A DNA stretch of 64,000 nt from Phoronis australis (GCA_002633005.1 NMRA01000231.1:572122-636121), one strand, 5' to 3'; counted from the stretch's first letter, positions 11,995-24,359 are shown. Notes: a model not told the origin generated them from the sequence alone. Made by a program: numbers and translations.

Positions 11995-12715
11995 GCCCTA
12001 AACCGGCTGAATTTCACCAGGGTTTGCTGTGGTATGAGTGGGGATCAGTTGGGTTCGGAGACAGCTTAGCCATTGGGCGGCTGCACGCTGGGAAGGCGCA
12101 CGGCCGGGAGTGCTGGGTGGCCCTGTAACATGCGATGCTCTGGTGGGAGCTACCCCAGGTCCTCCAGGTATATTTGTGTCTGCACTGCCATGTAGCTCAA
12201 TTTCCCTTGTAGTTAAGGTATAGCTGCGTCTGGTAGGTGGGTGCGGTATGGCGCCAGTGGAGGGGCCTATCATACACAGCGACCACAACTCCGGCTCTAT
12301 GGTCGCCCAGGGTGTGGCTGGGTTGCGAGCTTTGTGGGAGCGGTACTGTACTGCCCATCGTGAGGTATCCAACCGATCCCTCGGGTGATGTGCCCCAAGT
12401 CACACGTCTTGCCTGCACTCTGGAGGGGGGTTGAGCTTCAACAAATACGGAGGCAAATCCGAGAAAGGCATCGGTCCATTTCCCATTGGTTGCGACTACC
12501 TTTTTCCCACATTCATCGCCACTCCTCTACCAGGGTCACAGCCCCCACGCGGGTTGAGGCGGTGGACAAGATTGTTCATCCATGAACAACCCTGCCCATG
12601 TGGCACATACTGAGCCAAAACACCACGTTCCTTACAATATATTTTTATCAATCCGTCAGGTCTACTCACTCAGCTTGACCGGAACCTGCTTTGCAGGTTG
12701 TTATAGCGCAGTTGG
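11995..12715 (-). mobile_element. DIRS/Ngaro-like retrotransposon ORF1 fragment
   Basis: GC-rich island; YRSHKARNPATPWATIEPELW resembles the FR...A..P...W..ID..LW motif and is followed by a decayed C-x-x-x-N-x-x-G-x-C...CR-x-x-H...H-x4-C finger typical of DIRS/Ngaro ORF1. Confidence 0.55.
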
Positions 12716-13243
12716 CTGTTTGATGTACCCACTTGGTACTTTATAATATGATATTTGCCCATTTGGCAGTTGTACCCATTTGGTACTTGTTATTGAATTT
12801 GCCGTTTTTCTCGACCCAGTTGGTAGGCAATCGGCCAATACCCTTATGTAACACTTTGTATTTTGTACCCATTTGGTACTATGCTAACTTGTGCAACTTA
12901 GTATCCGATACCCAATTACACATTGGGTATCGTAAATGTGTGTGTTATCTCTTGTAATTAAGGAACCCATCTGGTTAAAGGCGAAGGCAACCTTTTTCCA
13001 TGTCATTTTGAGCTAAAATACGGTTGGTTGGTTATCCTAGACATATTTTCCATTTAATTACAGCTTTTCGTAATTTTATAAATTACTCGTCCGCTACTCC
13101 GGAAGTGACGTTTTAGGAGGCAAGCATTTCGCGCCAATTTCTTTTCATATAGTCGGACTGTGAGAGCTGCCGAGTCAGTCATTGTTCTACCTCGGTTGTG
13201 TTAAGTTCCGTCGTCGTTTGCTTTCATTTACTAGTCAGTCAAC

Positions 13244-13965
13244 ATGCCACCCTGTTGCTGCGTACCAGGATGAACTAATTATCGGCTCACGCGCGCTTTC
13301 CGATGGATGACACACTTCGCCGTACTTGGCTCGTTCGTGTGAAGAACGCACTGTTACCCGTCCACGCAACGTACAAACAGTGGAGAATTACCGTGTGTGT
13401 GGCAAGCACTTTCTGCCGTCCGATTACAAAAGGGGTTTGTACGCTGAACTGATGAAGGTCCCTGCGAAACAACGTCTGAAGAAGGATGCCATTCCGTCTG
13501 TGTTGATTCCCGGCATTCCCCCGTCGCTTCCCCCGAGAAGTGCGTTTTTGAAGCGAGAAGCCTCGCGAGCTGTGGCCAGTACAGTGACTGGAGCCAGTGG
13601 AAGCACTTCATCTACTGTCACCCGTGCCTCCGAACGCACCCCAGAGCGTGCAATTCCTGGAACCAGTAGTGATTCGCCCTGTGATGTTTTCTCCAGCCCA
13701 GAGCCTCTAAGCAGTCCTGCAGCGATATTGAGTAGTGGGAGTGATTACAGGCTCAGTTCGACACCCAGTGAAGCGTGTACAGTTCGCCGTCCAGTGAACA
13801 GATCGGTGAGCCAAACTTTGATCAGTTTATTGTGGAGCTATTTAGAAGGTGCCAGGTGTGTGGCGAGGGAGTCACACGACACGGTGTAAGCAGTTTGGGT
13901 GCTCAGGTCACCATCCAGTGGGACAGTTGTTCCTCTGTCCGTGGTATGCCGGAGGTCCACTTAAC
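13244..13965 (+). pseudogene. THAP-domain Kolobok transposase N-terminus (disrupted, DDE core deleted)
   Basis: MPPCCCVPG*...RVCGKHF...LKKDAIPS (THAP), then LFRRCQVCG...LGAQVTIQW; stop and frameshifts. Confidence 0.85.
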
Positions 13966-14268
13966 CATGTCCAGTAGTGGCTTGGCCTCGTCGAAGTCTG
14001 AACAGCACAAGCATTCCATTGAGGTAGGCATAACAACGCACACAGAGCATTTCCACCAAGATGTGTCACCACGTCTGTCCTCAGTAGCCGCCTCGTTTCT
14101 CTCAACAGCTGCCTGTGCCTGTGCGTACTCTGCCTCGTTAAAATCGGGCTCAAACATGTACACACCCACTGAATGTCCGTGAAAAAATTCCTCATCACCA
14201 CTGCTGTGAACAAGGTCTCCGTCACTCACACTACTGTCACTGTGATACGGGTCACCGACTCCAGCCAT
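13960..14268 (-). pseudogene. KolX-like protein N-terminus (P2X7 ballast-like Cys cluster), truncated
   Basis: Acidic N-terminus, YMFEP, RRGDTSWWKCSVCVVMPTSMECLCC. Confidence 0.8.
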
Positions 14269-14971
14269 TTTCAGCTTACAACACACTAAACAATCCCTAA
14301 ATCCAACGTAGTTGAGTTCTCTACTAACCTACATGTATCTTGCCGCAGAATACTCGCTGATGGAAAGTGGTGGCGACAATTGTTGTAAAACAGCACAAAA
14401 CAAAAGTAGAATAGAACAGATTCGCAAGATAAAGTCAACGTAAAACCAAGTGGCGGGAAACGCTTGTCTCCTAAAACGTCACTTCCGGAGTAGCGGACGA
14501 ATACTTTATAAAATTACGAAAAGCTGTAATTAAGTGTAAAATATGTCTAGGATAACCAACCAACCTTATTTTAGCTCAAATTGACATGGAAAAGGTTGCC
14601 TTCGCCTTTAAGGAACCCATCTGGTTCCTTAGGTGAAATATTCATTTGTAGAGCTGTGACCCTGAAATTCCCAATACAACCTAGAATATATATTATTGTT
14701 GTTGCTTTATTTGTCCCCAATAACTACAACTCTCGATCAAAACTTGGTCGAGCAGGTAGCCTGAAAACCACAGAGCAAACTCTCGTAACTAGTCGCAAGG
14801 TCGCTAGCTGTATCATGGAGGTGGTGAACTACATTTTAGCCACTCGCTTTTTGTTTTTTTACATATTTCTGAGAGGAATTTTTGTTGATTCGCCAACTTG
14901 TCTACGTTCTATATACATCGCACTTAGTATTTTACTTTATGGAACCGATTTGTCATGTCTTTCGTCGGAAC

Positions 14972-17960
14972 ATGATTAGTACTTTAACTTTAAACTGCAG
15001 AAGGCTAAAGGACAAAATTAAGAGAAAGGATGTCTTTGAACTTTTGAGACAGAAGTATTGCGGTATCTATTGCTTGCAAGAAACTCATGTTATTGAATCA
15101 GACATTTCTATTATTAGGGTCCAGTGGGGATATGATGTTTTCATGAGCCCTGGAACAAGGGAATCGAGAGATGTCTGCATATTGCTAAATAATAACTTTG
15201 AATGTGGAGTTGGTAAAACCCACCATGATGATAAAGGAAACCTTGTTGTCATCGAATTACCTATAGAAAATCGAATCTCAGTTAAGTTAGCTCAAATATT
15301 TATGGTCCCAACAAGGATGACCCTGATTTTTTTAGAACCCTGCTTCAAGTAGTCTCTGACTACGGTTCAGAGTTCAGATTTCAGTCTTGACTGTTTAGGA
15401 TACAAACACCAAAACAATAGAGCTACAAGAAAACACGTTATTAGTCTGATGTCGCAGTTAAATTTGGTCAAATACAAGCTAAACTAGGTTCAGAATTAAC
15501 CCTTGTAAGCAAGCGAGTCTGGACTTTTTCTAGTGTCCGACGAGTTTTCCTCTTGGATAGAAAATATTGAAACGTCCCCATGTTATAGAACCGATCCTCA
15601 TTGTGTCGTGATTACTATTCAGGCATCTAATTTATTTAGAGGTAAAGGTCTCTGGCGACTTAACAAATCTATATTACGTGATATAGAGCACATTAATTAT
15701 GTAGAATGCATCATAGTTAAAACAGAGAAGGAATATTTAACTCCTGATAATGACTCTAGTTTGTCAGACGGTCATTCGACTACACAACTCTCTTCTTCTT
15801 GAAATGATCCTAATGAATATTAGAAATTACACTTTGTCTTATTCAGCTTTCAAGAAAAAGGCATCGACAAGAAAATAATTTAGAGCAGCAATTAAGTCTT
15901 CTTAGAGAAATGATGAGCAACAATAATTCTGCTCTGCTCCTTGAAATTTATTCAGATTTTCAGAAACATTACGAAGAAATTAGAAAGGACAAAGTGAATA
16001 GCATAATACTGAGTCCTCGGGCAAAATGGATCGAGGATGGTGAAGACCGTCCAATTATTTTAGTAACTTAGAAAAACGCAATTACGTGAACAAGAATGTT
16101 CACGATCTTATAGACGAGACTGGATGACGCTTGACAAACAAAAGGCTATATTGTGTGCAATCGAAAAAACACATGCAAAGTTATATACAGCCAAAGAAAA
16201 TGACTCTCACCAATATGAGTTAGAAGACTTGGTGACCCCTGAAAATATATCGAAACTTGGCGCCGACTTGAAAGAAAAAACTAGAAGGACCAACAACATG
16301 TACTGAAGCTGTGGCTGTCCTTTAATGTATGAAAAATGGCAATACTCCGGGGACTGATGGTTTTCCTGTAGAGTTTACAATTTTTTTGGAAAGAACTGTC
16401 GCCATATTGATCAAATCTTTTAATTACAGTTTTCGAACCGGCCGTCTTCCTACCACTGTGCGTCAAGGTGTCATTACTTTGATTTCTAAGGGCAAGAAAA
16501 GACGCGAATACATGGAAAGTTGGAGACCAATCCAATTACTAAATTCAAGTTGTAAACTATTATCAGCATGCATTGCACAAAGGATAAAATCTGTTTTCAA
16601 TAAGTGAATTCGTCCTAATCAAACTGGGTTTCTCCCATGTCATTTTATCGGGGAGAACACCAGAGTGATTTATGACATCTTACAATATAATCGAGTCAAG
16701 GATATTCCCGGACTTCTGGTATTAATTGATTTCGAAAAAGCCTTTGATTCTGTGTCCTGGGGATTTCTTAAGAAAGTTCTACACTATTTCAATTTTGGTG
16801 ACGATATTATTGGTTGGTTCTCAATACTCAATGAAACTGTCCAACTTTCGGTCATTCTTTGTGGCTTCACGTCTAACTATTTTATCATTTGCCAAGGTTG
16901 CACCCAAGAGAATCCCCTTATTTTTTGTAAATGTGCCGAAATTATGGCATCTATGTTGAGACAATGCGAGAATGTTCAAGGCATAAAAGTAGGCTCTTTA
17001 GAATATAAATTAATACAATATGAAGACGACACGGTCCTCTTTCTAGATGGTTTTGAGAGCTCTTTAAAACAGTCACATAACCTTCTTGATCAGATTGCTA
17101 AGTACTCTGGTTTGACACCCAATATCGATAAAACTCTTTGTATTTGGATTGGATCCAAGACATGTTGTGGTGATAAGCTTTGCTGGGGAAAACGATTTAA
17201 AATGGACAAGTGCCCAGCTCACATCTCTTGGAATTACCTTCTCTGCCAACTTACAGGACATGATTCACTTAAACTACGTTGTAAAATTAAACGAGGTTAG
17301 AAAATGCATTGGAAATTGGTCAAGAAGAAATTTAACCACCTTTGGTAAGGTAACGGTTGTCAAATCTTCTGTATTGACAAAATTGATTTACCTCTTTTAC
17401 ACAATTCCTCTTTCAATTTCTACTTTTTAAAGACATTGAAAAAGAAATAATTATTGATGGGGTACCTCTTCTGATAAAAACTCTAGGAAAACCATGTTAC
17501 AGAAATCTGAAGATGGAGGTGGGAATATGGTCCATTTTGCGTCATTGGTCAAAGTTATTAAACTGACTTGGGTTCGGAGATTCTTCAAAAATAGTTATAA
17601 TAATGCTTCTCCTGGGCTACATCTTTTACAGTATGTGAAACTATTCATAATATAAACAATGACTCTTTTCAATTAGGCCCTTGTTTTTTCCTTGAAGCGT
17701 ACTAGGAATATTTTTTAAGGATTTTTATATCTTAATATATACGAATTTAGCAATCTGTGTGAGATAGATGATCCTTTGTACCAACCTTTGTGGTATAAAC
17801 CTAAAGTTTTTATAGACAGTAGTCCAATTTTTGGAACGAGTGGTTTCAAAAGGGTATACGATACGCATGTGATTTAATTCACTCTAATAGTGGATATATG
17901 GATGATTTCTTACCTTTTGTACACGTTTTAAATTTTGTCAGACTGTGTGCATTTTGGAAA
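14972..17960 (+). mobile_element. L1/Tx1-clade LINE ORF2 (APE endonuclease + reverse transcriptase), heavily degraded
   Basis: TLNCRRL...YCLQETH, KGLWRLN, PGTDGFPVEF, WRPIQLLN, IDFEKAFDSVSW, QYEDDT, WSRRNLTTFGKVTVVKS; many stops and frameshifts. Confidence 0.95.
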
Positions 17961-18039
17961 TATCAGTGTTGTTCATGAGAACATCAGTAAGTAAAAAGAC
18001 CTTGGGGGCAATACTTTATAGCGCAGATTGAGAAGTTGA

Positions 18040-18880
18040 AGGTACGTACACTACAGTGGGGTACGTACTCAACATTTCAACGACTTTTCAGGTTTATAAA
18101 AATTCTTTGAATTTGCTGAGAGTTAGTACATTTACCAAAGAGAACAAGAAAAAAGTACAGCATACATTTGCATATTTGTCTGTCATTCTTTGAAAACATG
18201 CAAATGTTAAAATATAGGGGTATGTACACTAAACAAATGGTAATTTTTCACACAAAACAATTGTATTTGCAATTAACACCCTCTTAACCTAACATTTTAA
18301 CGGAGGAAACTGTATATGTATCTGACAATTGTTGTTTAGTTACCGTGTAATATTTTTTCATGGTATTTGTTCACATCGGGGTACGTACACTACATTTCAC
18401 TCACATGTCAAGTTTATAACTAAATACTACTGAGAGTTAGTTGATTTATTAAATCAATTCAAAGAGAAAACGATAAAAAGCACAGCATTCATGTAAATAT
18501 CTGTCATACTTTGAAAATATGCACAAATTAAAATAAAGGGCTACGTACAACATACAAATGCTATTATTTCACTCAAAACAAATGCATTTGCAATAAACAC
18601 CCTTTTAACCTAACATTTTAAGGAAGTAAACTGTCTATAACCACTTACGAAGTGAAATTTTAATTCCATGGCATTTGTAAACATGGGAGTACGTACATGT
18701 ACACTGCAAAAGGGTGTACAAGTACGTACACTGCATCACTGTTTCTGCATCACATGGTAATACAAGGTTGTATGACCGATTATTTTTTGATAATAAGTAC
18801 GATGTTGTTTTTAAAATGAAACAATTTCAATTGCAATCACTGTTGCTGAATTCCACATGGGGGTACGTACACTACATTTT
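18040..18880. repeat. Tandem duplication (about 320-bp unit, 160-bp subunit) with GGGGTACGTACAC motifs
   Basis: 18058-18377 repeats at 18378-18690; motif near 18040, 18058, 18217, 18378, 18538, 18686, 18720, 18859. Confidence 0.7.
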
Positions 18881-20041
18881 GATAGCCTTTTTGGTCCATT
18901 TTTCAACATAGAAGAACCCAGCCAATATCCAAATTTTTGGTTTGTTTGATATTGAATATTTTGCTGTGTTGCCTAGGGTAACATATTCTGCAGTTCGTTT
19001 TATTACTGGTAAATGCTATGTCCGATATTGCTCATATTGGTCATGTTGTCTATTGTGTCACCTTGTGGTCTCCTGTGCGAATTTATTTTATATCCATCAA
19101 CATGTACTCAGCAGTCTGTAGCACACCCATGACAAAGACCACATCGCTCAAAACGTGGATGATATTGTAATATATTTTAGTACCGACGCTCGTCGTTTTA
19201 GTTTTACTATTTTATATTTTTATCCGTCGGTAACTTCACGGCATTCCAGCATCTGTTTGTTACTCTTTTATTGCATTTTTCTGTTTTCCCCAAAAGAGTG
19301 GTATTGGATCTTGTTTCATTCTTTGTATAAATCAAATTGTTTGGAGAAAGTCTATATCCGGTGCGTGACAGAATAAATAGTGATTTAGTAATTAGTACGA
19401 ATAGATCCATTTTAAGTTGCCTAAAATCTGTGCATACATGTACATGTATGTACTTTTAAATCACTTGTTGACATGAACTTTACCATCAAAATCTATTTTT
19501 AGATGGTGTTTGCAACTTTTGTTCTGGGTTCAAAGCACTCTAGAGAATCTAGAAATTCATGAGAACAAATTGTAACAGCCAATAATACATGCATGATTGG
19601 ACACACGATGTTCATTTGGACATAATAAATGAAAAATAACAAAACAGTGTCCTTAAAAACAACGATTTGCGAGGACTACCGCTAGGGCTAGTGCTGGGAT
19701 CCAGCAGCCGCTGCGAAAACGGCGGCAAGACCTGAGAAATTCAGGAGTCAAAATCAAACAAATCTTCGCTATAGCCACCAAACTGAAAAGTACAGAAACA
19801 AAATGTATATTTGTGTTTACACTTCGAGTAATTAAACCATATTGCCTAGTTCAACTACCTGCACGTGTGGACGTCCAAACACTTTGCTCTAACATTTACA
19901 CATTTCGACATGACTTTTCGGCTTAGAAAATCCCCAAGCTCGAGCTGCATCACAGCTGCCGGAATTACTTATGCCACACAAACACCGTTTCTCCATTCTT
20001 ATGGCGCAATTTTGTGAGATAGAGACTAAAATAAACGTTAC

Positions 20042-20116
20042 CTGACAAAATGTTGTTTGTCGGTTTGGAGACACTGGCGAAGGTTCTATTGTCGAGTATC
20101 ATTGACAGGTGGTAGT
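20042..20116 (-). CDS. IgSF gene, exon 4 (middle of Ig-like domain 2)
   Basis: Acceptor acattgtctag|AC, donor TCAG|gtaacg; 75 nt, open in phase 1-1: DYHLSMILDNRTFASVSKPTNNILS. Confidence 0.6.
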
Positions 20117-20394
20117 CTAGACAATGTATCATCAAGCAAGGGTCTCTCTGCTGAGGCCAAGGCTTGCATCACCCTAGTTATGCCCAACACCCTTATGTCA
20201 ATTTTTATGAGAATCCGACTATTTTTAAAGGCAATGACCAGACAATCAGGCAACCTACAGGGCGACAAAAGTGCACCTACATATGCATACAGTAAGAGGG
20301 CGCAGAAGAAGTAAAAATACTCCCATTGTCCACCATTTGCTTCACTAGTTATGATTTTGAACATCCATATTCAAAAGGTACATGTCAAAGTTAA

Positions 20395-23300
20395 AGGAGA
20401 ATGCCACCCGATTTAATTAGCCTTTTTTACCGTCTTAATCGTTCTATATCCACATCGCCTCGCGTACGGTCGACCTTACCTTGCCAAGAGGTGTCACGTT
20501 AAAGGCGAAGGCAACCTTTTTAATGTCATTTTGAGCTAAAATAAGGTTTGTTGGTTATCCTAGACATATTTTCCACTTAATTGCAGCTTTTCGTAATTGT
20601 GTTAATTACTCGTCCGCTACTCCGGAAGTGGCGTTTTAGGAGGCAAGCATTTCGCGCCAATTTCTTTTCATATAGTCTGACCGTGAGAGCTGCCGAATCA
20701 GTCATTGTTCTACCTCGGTTGTGTTAAGTTACGTCGTCGTTTGCTTTCATTTACTAGTCAGTCAACATGCCACACTGTTACTGCGTACCGGGATGTACTA
20801 GTTATCGTCTAACGCGCGCTTTGGGAGTACCTTAGCATCGCTTTCCGATCGATGACACCCTTCGCAGAACTTGGCTCGTTCGTTTGAAGAACGCAGCGTT
20901 ACCCGTCCACGCAACGTACAAAGCAGTCAAGAATTACCGTGTGTGTGGCAAGCACTTTCTGCCGTCCGATTACGAAAAGGATTTGTACGCTGAACTGATG
21001 AAGGTCCCTGCGAAACAACTCCTGAAGAAGGATGCCATTCCGTCTGTGTTGATTCCCGGCAGTGCCCCGTCGCCACCCCCGAGAAGTGCGTTTTTGAAGA
21101 GAGAAGCCTCGCGAGCTGTGGCCAGTACAGTGACTGGAGCCATTGGAGGCACTTCATCCACTGTCACCCGTGCCTACGAACGTACCCCAGAGCGTGCAAT
21201 TCCTGGAACCAGTAGTGATTCGCCCTGTGCTGTTTTCTCCAGCCCAGAGCCTCTAAGCAACCCTGCAACGATATTTGATAAGTTTATTGTGGACTTGTCT
21301 AAAGTGTTGGTCAGGAGCTATTTAGAAGGTGCCAGGTGTGTGGCGAGGGAGTCACACGACACGGTGTAAGCAGTTTGGGTGCTCAGGTCACCATCCAGTG
21401 GGAGTTTGTCGCGGGACACTCTGGCAAGTGGGACAGTTGTTCCTCTGTCCGTGGCAGGCCGGAGGTCCACTTAACCGTGTCCAGTAATGGCTTGCCCTCT
21501 TCGAACTCTGAGCAGCACAAGCATTCCATTGAGTTAGGCATAACAACGCACACAGTGCATCTGCACCAAGATGTGTCACCACGTCTGTCCTCAGTAGTCG
21601 CCTCTTTTCTCTCAACAGCTGCCTGTGCCTGTGCATACTCTGCCTCGTTATACTCGGGCTCAAACATGTACCCACTGAATGTCCGTGAAAATATTCCTCG
21701 TCACCACTGCTGTGAACAAGGTATCCATCACTCACACTACTGTCACTGTGATACGGGTGACCGACTCCAGCCATTTTCAGCTTACAACACACTAAACAAT
21801 CCCTAAATCCAACGTAGTTGAGTTCTCTACTAACCTATCTTGCCGCAGAATACTCGCTGATGGAAAGTGGTGGCGACAATTGTTGAAAAACAGCACAGAA
21901 CAAAAGTAGAATAGAACAGATTCGCACGGTAAACTCAACGCAAAACCAAGTGGCGGGAAACGCTTGCCTCCTAAAACGTCACTTCCGGAGTAGAGGACGA
22001 GTAATTAATAAAATTACGAAAAGCTGTAATTAAGTGGAAAATATGTCTAGGATAACCAACCAACCTTATTTTAGCTCAAAATGACATGAAAAAGGTTGCC
22101 TTCGCCTTTAACCTGTGAGGAAGGTGAGAAACGACGCTAACGACGCCAGTGATTCATATGCAGAGTGAATGCCGCTATGTTGCGGTGCATCATTCCCGCT
22201 TGTCCGAACTAAGCAGCTGCGAGGGAAGCGAGTATGTCGTTTTTTTACTTCCTCGAGAGTCCGAAATGCTTAGGAAGTAGCTCATGGTAGTGAAGAATAA
22301 ATGTACGCTGTAAATAGCAAGTATGAGGCCGTGAAACATCTCCGTGTCTGTGGCCTGCAGACGTCGACAGTGCCTGATGAATTGAATGCCGGCTTACCAA
22401 ATAACTTCATACGTTCCGTTGCCTGAGCTTGTTCACGGCGCCTCTCTAGTATTTCTTCATCACTGTATTCCTGTTTAAATTGACAGCCTGTAAACCTTAA
22501 CAATTCACCTGCGAAGCCGGGACTGGTAAGTTCTAGCTCGTCCTAAGTCGGGATTGGAAGTTGCCATGTTGGCGTTTATTACTGAGCATTCTGTTTCAAA
22601 ATGAATTATTCTCACCCTAACCAATACGTCTATAAAAGTGAAACAAATTCTGTCTCATTAGATGCAATTCGTAATGCCTTTGGGGTGTTCGTGAGTGCAA
22701 ATGATTTGAGAAGCCAGCAATGAATATATCACTGCGTTACCGGCTTTAGGTGCAATAAAACTAATTGACGGGACACCGAGGCCGTGTGAGCTCATGCTAA
22801 TTTAGTGTTTGCTGGCAGAAACTGTTGTGAAACAACTCGATTACCATCCCACGGCCAGGTGTTAGGGCAATCTTCATTTACGTGTACATTACTCACATAA
22901 TGATGTCAATGTACATCTTCTGCCCTGACCGGTGCTGTGGCCAAAGCGGAACTTGAATTCTCGGCCCCCGTCGAGTAAATAGATTTGCAGTTTCGTGGCT
23001 AATTCACCAAGCTAATCATGTGCACATTACTTTTACTCACTAGTATAGTATTTTCTTGACTGGAAGTTTCGTTTCCACTGAACTTTGACTGGTTTATGTT
23101 CGTGATGTCTGATCAGTTTCCGAGCCACTGGCCGGGATAACGCCGGAGTCAATCCGGCCGGCCGCGACGGGCCTGATCGGGCTCCGAGCCACTGGCCAGG
23201 ATAACAAGAGTTTTGTGTTAAGAACTCAAAACATCACAAGTCTAAACAACACAGATCTAAGTTCTCCTGTCTGTATCTCACGGAAAATTCTTCGAAATTA

Positions 23301-23688
23301 TCTCCGAACAGACCCCAAACTCCTGTTACGGACCTTATTGGCCTGCCGAACTTTGTAGGCTACGGTGTGTCCAAATACCAATAAATCCGTAAGAGCGAAA
23401 TAAAACAACACGTTTTTGTAAGAAGTCGGTGTATTTTTAAGGGTTTTACATCGAAGTTTGATGATTTATTGATGTTAAACGATGACTTCAAGCGATAAGC
23501 TGACACCAGTAACCCGTGTTGTGAACTGCTGAACAGACTGCGTTTGAAACCGATGACGTCATTGGATAATATCAACACCTCCGTCTGCCGTCAGGTGTCA
23601 GGTAACGCAACCGTACTTGTCGTTATGGAGTAGAACTACTCGATCTAAATTGAAACAAACCAGGTTGTTTTTTGGGTGGCATGCTCCA
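20395..23688. mobile_element. Older Kolobok element (family B) hosting family A copy 2
   Basis: TTAA|AGGAGAATGCCACCC ... GGGTGGCATGCTCCA|TTAA; minus-strand remnant GCQFKQEYSDEEILERRREQ (22282-22567) resembles the KolX YxFEP region. Confidence 0.75.
20503..22107 (+). mobile_element. Kolobok DNA transposon, internally deleted (family A copy 2)
   Basis: TTAA TSD (20499-20502, 22108-22111), same TIRs as 12979-14607; THAP ORF from ATG 20767 (one stop), KolX-like WCRCTVCVVMPNSMECLCC on minus strand. Confidence 0.9.
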
Positions 23689-23725
23689 TTAACATTTACA
23701 AACACAATGAAGGTAAATCACTTAC

Positions 23726-23881
23726 CTGTTGTGACCGTATAATATGTTCTAGAGGGGAGTCCGTAATTATGTTTTTTGACTTCTGGGAAGTTGAAGATAG
23801 TACAATTTGGACACCTTAAGCGCACATATCCTTTATTAACAACATCCTTATTTTCTTTTTTAACTTCAGTAGCAGTAAATG
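23726..23881 (-). CDS. IgSF gene, exon 3 (first part of Ig-like domain 2)
   Basis: Acceptor ttgattttccag|CA, donor ACAG|gtaagt; 156 nt, phase 1-1; AFTATEVKKENKDVVNKGYVRLRCPNCTIFNFPEVKKHNYGLPSRTYYTVTT with G-x-V-x-L-x-C B-strand pattern. Confidence 0.75.
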
Positions 23882-24359
23882 CTGGAAAATCAAGAACATA
23901 AGGTGTGACAAATAGAGAAATTACAACACATAAGTCAGTGTTGACGGTACAGATATATCCCAACACGCAAACACGCACACTGTCCAAGCTATGCAACTAA
24001 CCAACGTCACGTTGGTTATCAGCCCAAACTGTAAAATTCCCTTTATCTACTGTTGTCATCACTATTCACCTGACCCAAGTCACTAACCAGTGTTTAGTTA
24101 TATTTTACCCTTATCGAAAGTCCATGGAAATCTCAACCTAGAGACAAAAAGTTAAAATTGTGACATTTAAAATTCTGGCCTTATGTACAATCTTAGTCGC
24201 TATAGATTCAGAGCCGATACTTTAATTTCGAAAAACTTTCATTTTTTCAGACCAATTTTCAGGGTCATTGGCCAACATCTCGTCATTCAAAATGACTTAT
24301 ATGTATCTTTATTAAAGTGATATAAGCAAGAAATTGAATTTAGGCCAGCAAATATTGGG

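Larger units (their letters stand above)
12979..14607 (+). mobile_element. Kolobok DNA transposon, internally deleted (family A copy 1)
   Basis: TTAA at both ends, about 150-bp TIRs beginning AGGCGAAGGCAACC, THAP ORF on + and KolX-like ORF on - converging. Confidence 0.9.

Noticed and set aside
12724-12882. CRISPR array
   Set aside because: Only three or four short 17-18-bp units, irregular spacing, eukaryotic context and no cas genes.
13903-14286. Host P2X7 receptor gene
   Set aside because: Only the Cys cluster is present, inside TIR-bounded duplicated transposons; no P2X channel exons seen.
19859-19888. 30-nt micro-exon (EQSVWTSTRA) on minus strand
   Set aside because: Phase-compatible but poor polypyrimidine tract and weak donor; cannot be supported without transcripts.
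20086-20364. ORF MFKIITSEANGG... as a coding exon
   Set aside because: No recognisable domain; the splice-compatible exon at 20042-20116 uses a different frame.
12979-22107. The two family A copies as long terminal direct repeats of one composite element
   Set aside because: Each copy has its own TIRs, own coding remnants and own flanks; copy 2 is nested in a different element and the interval contains an L1 and a host exon.
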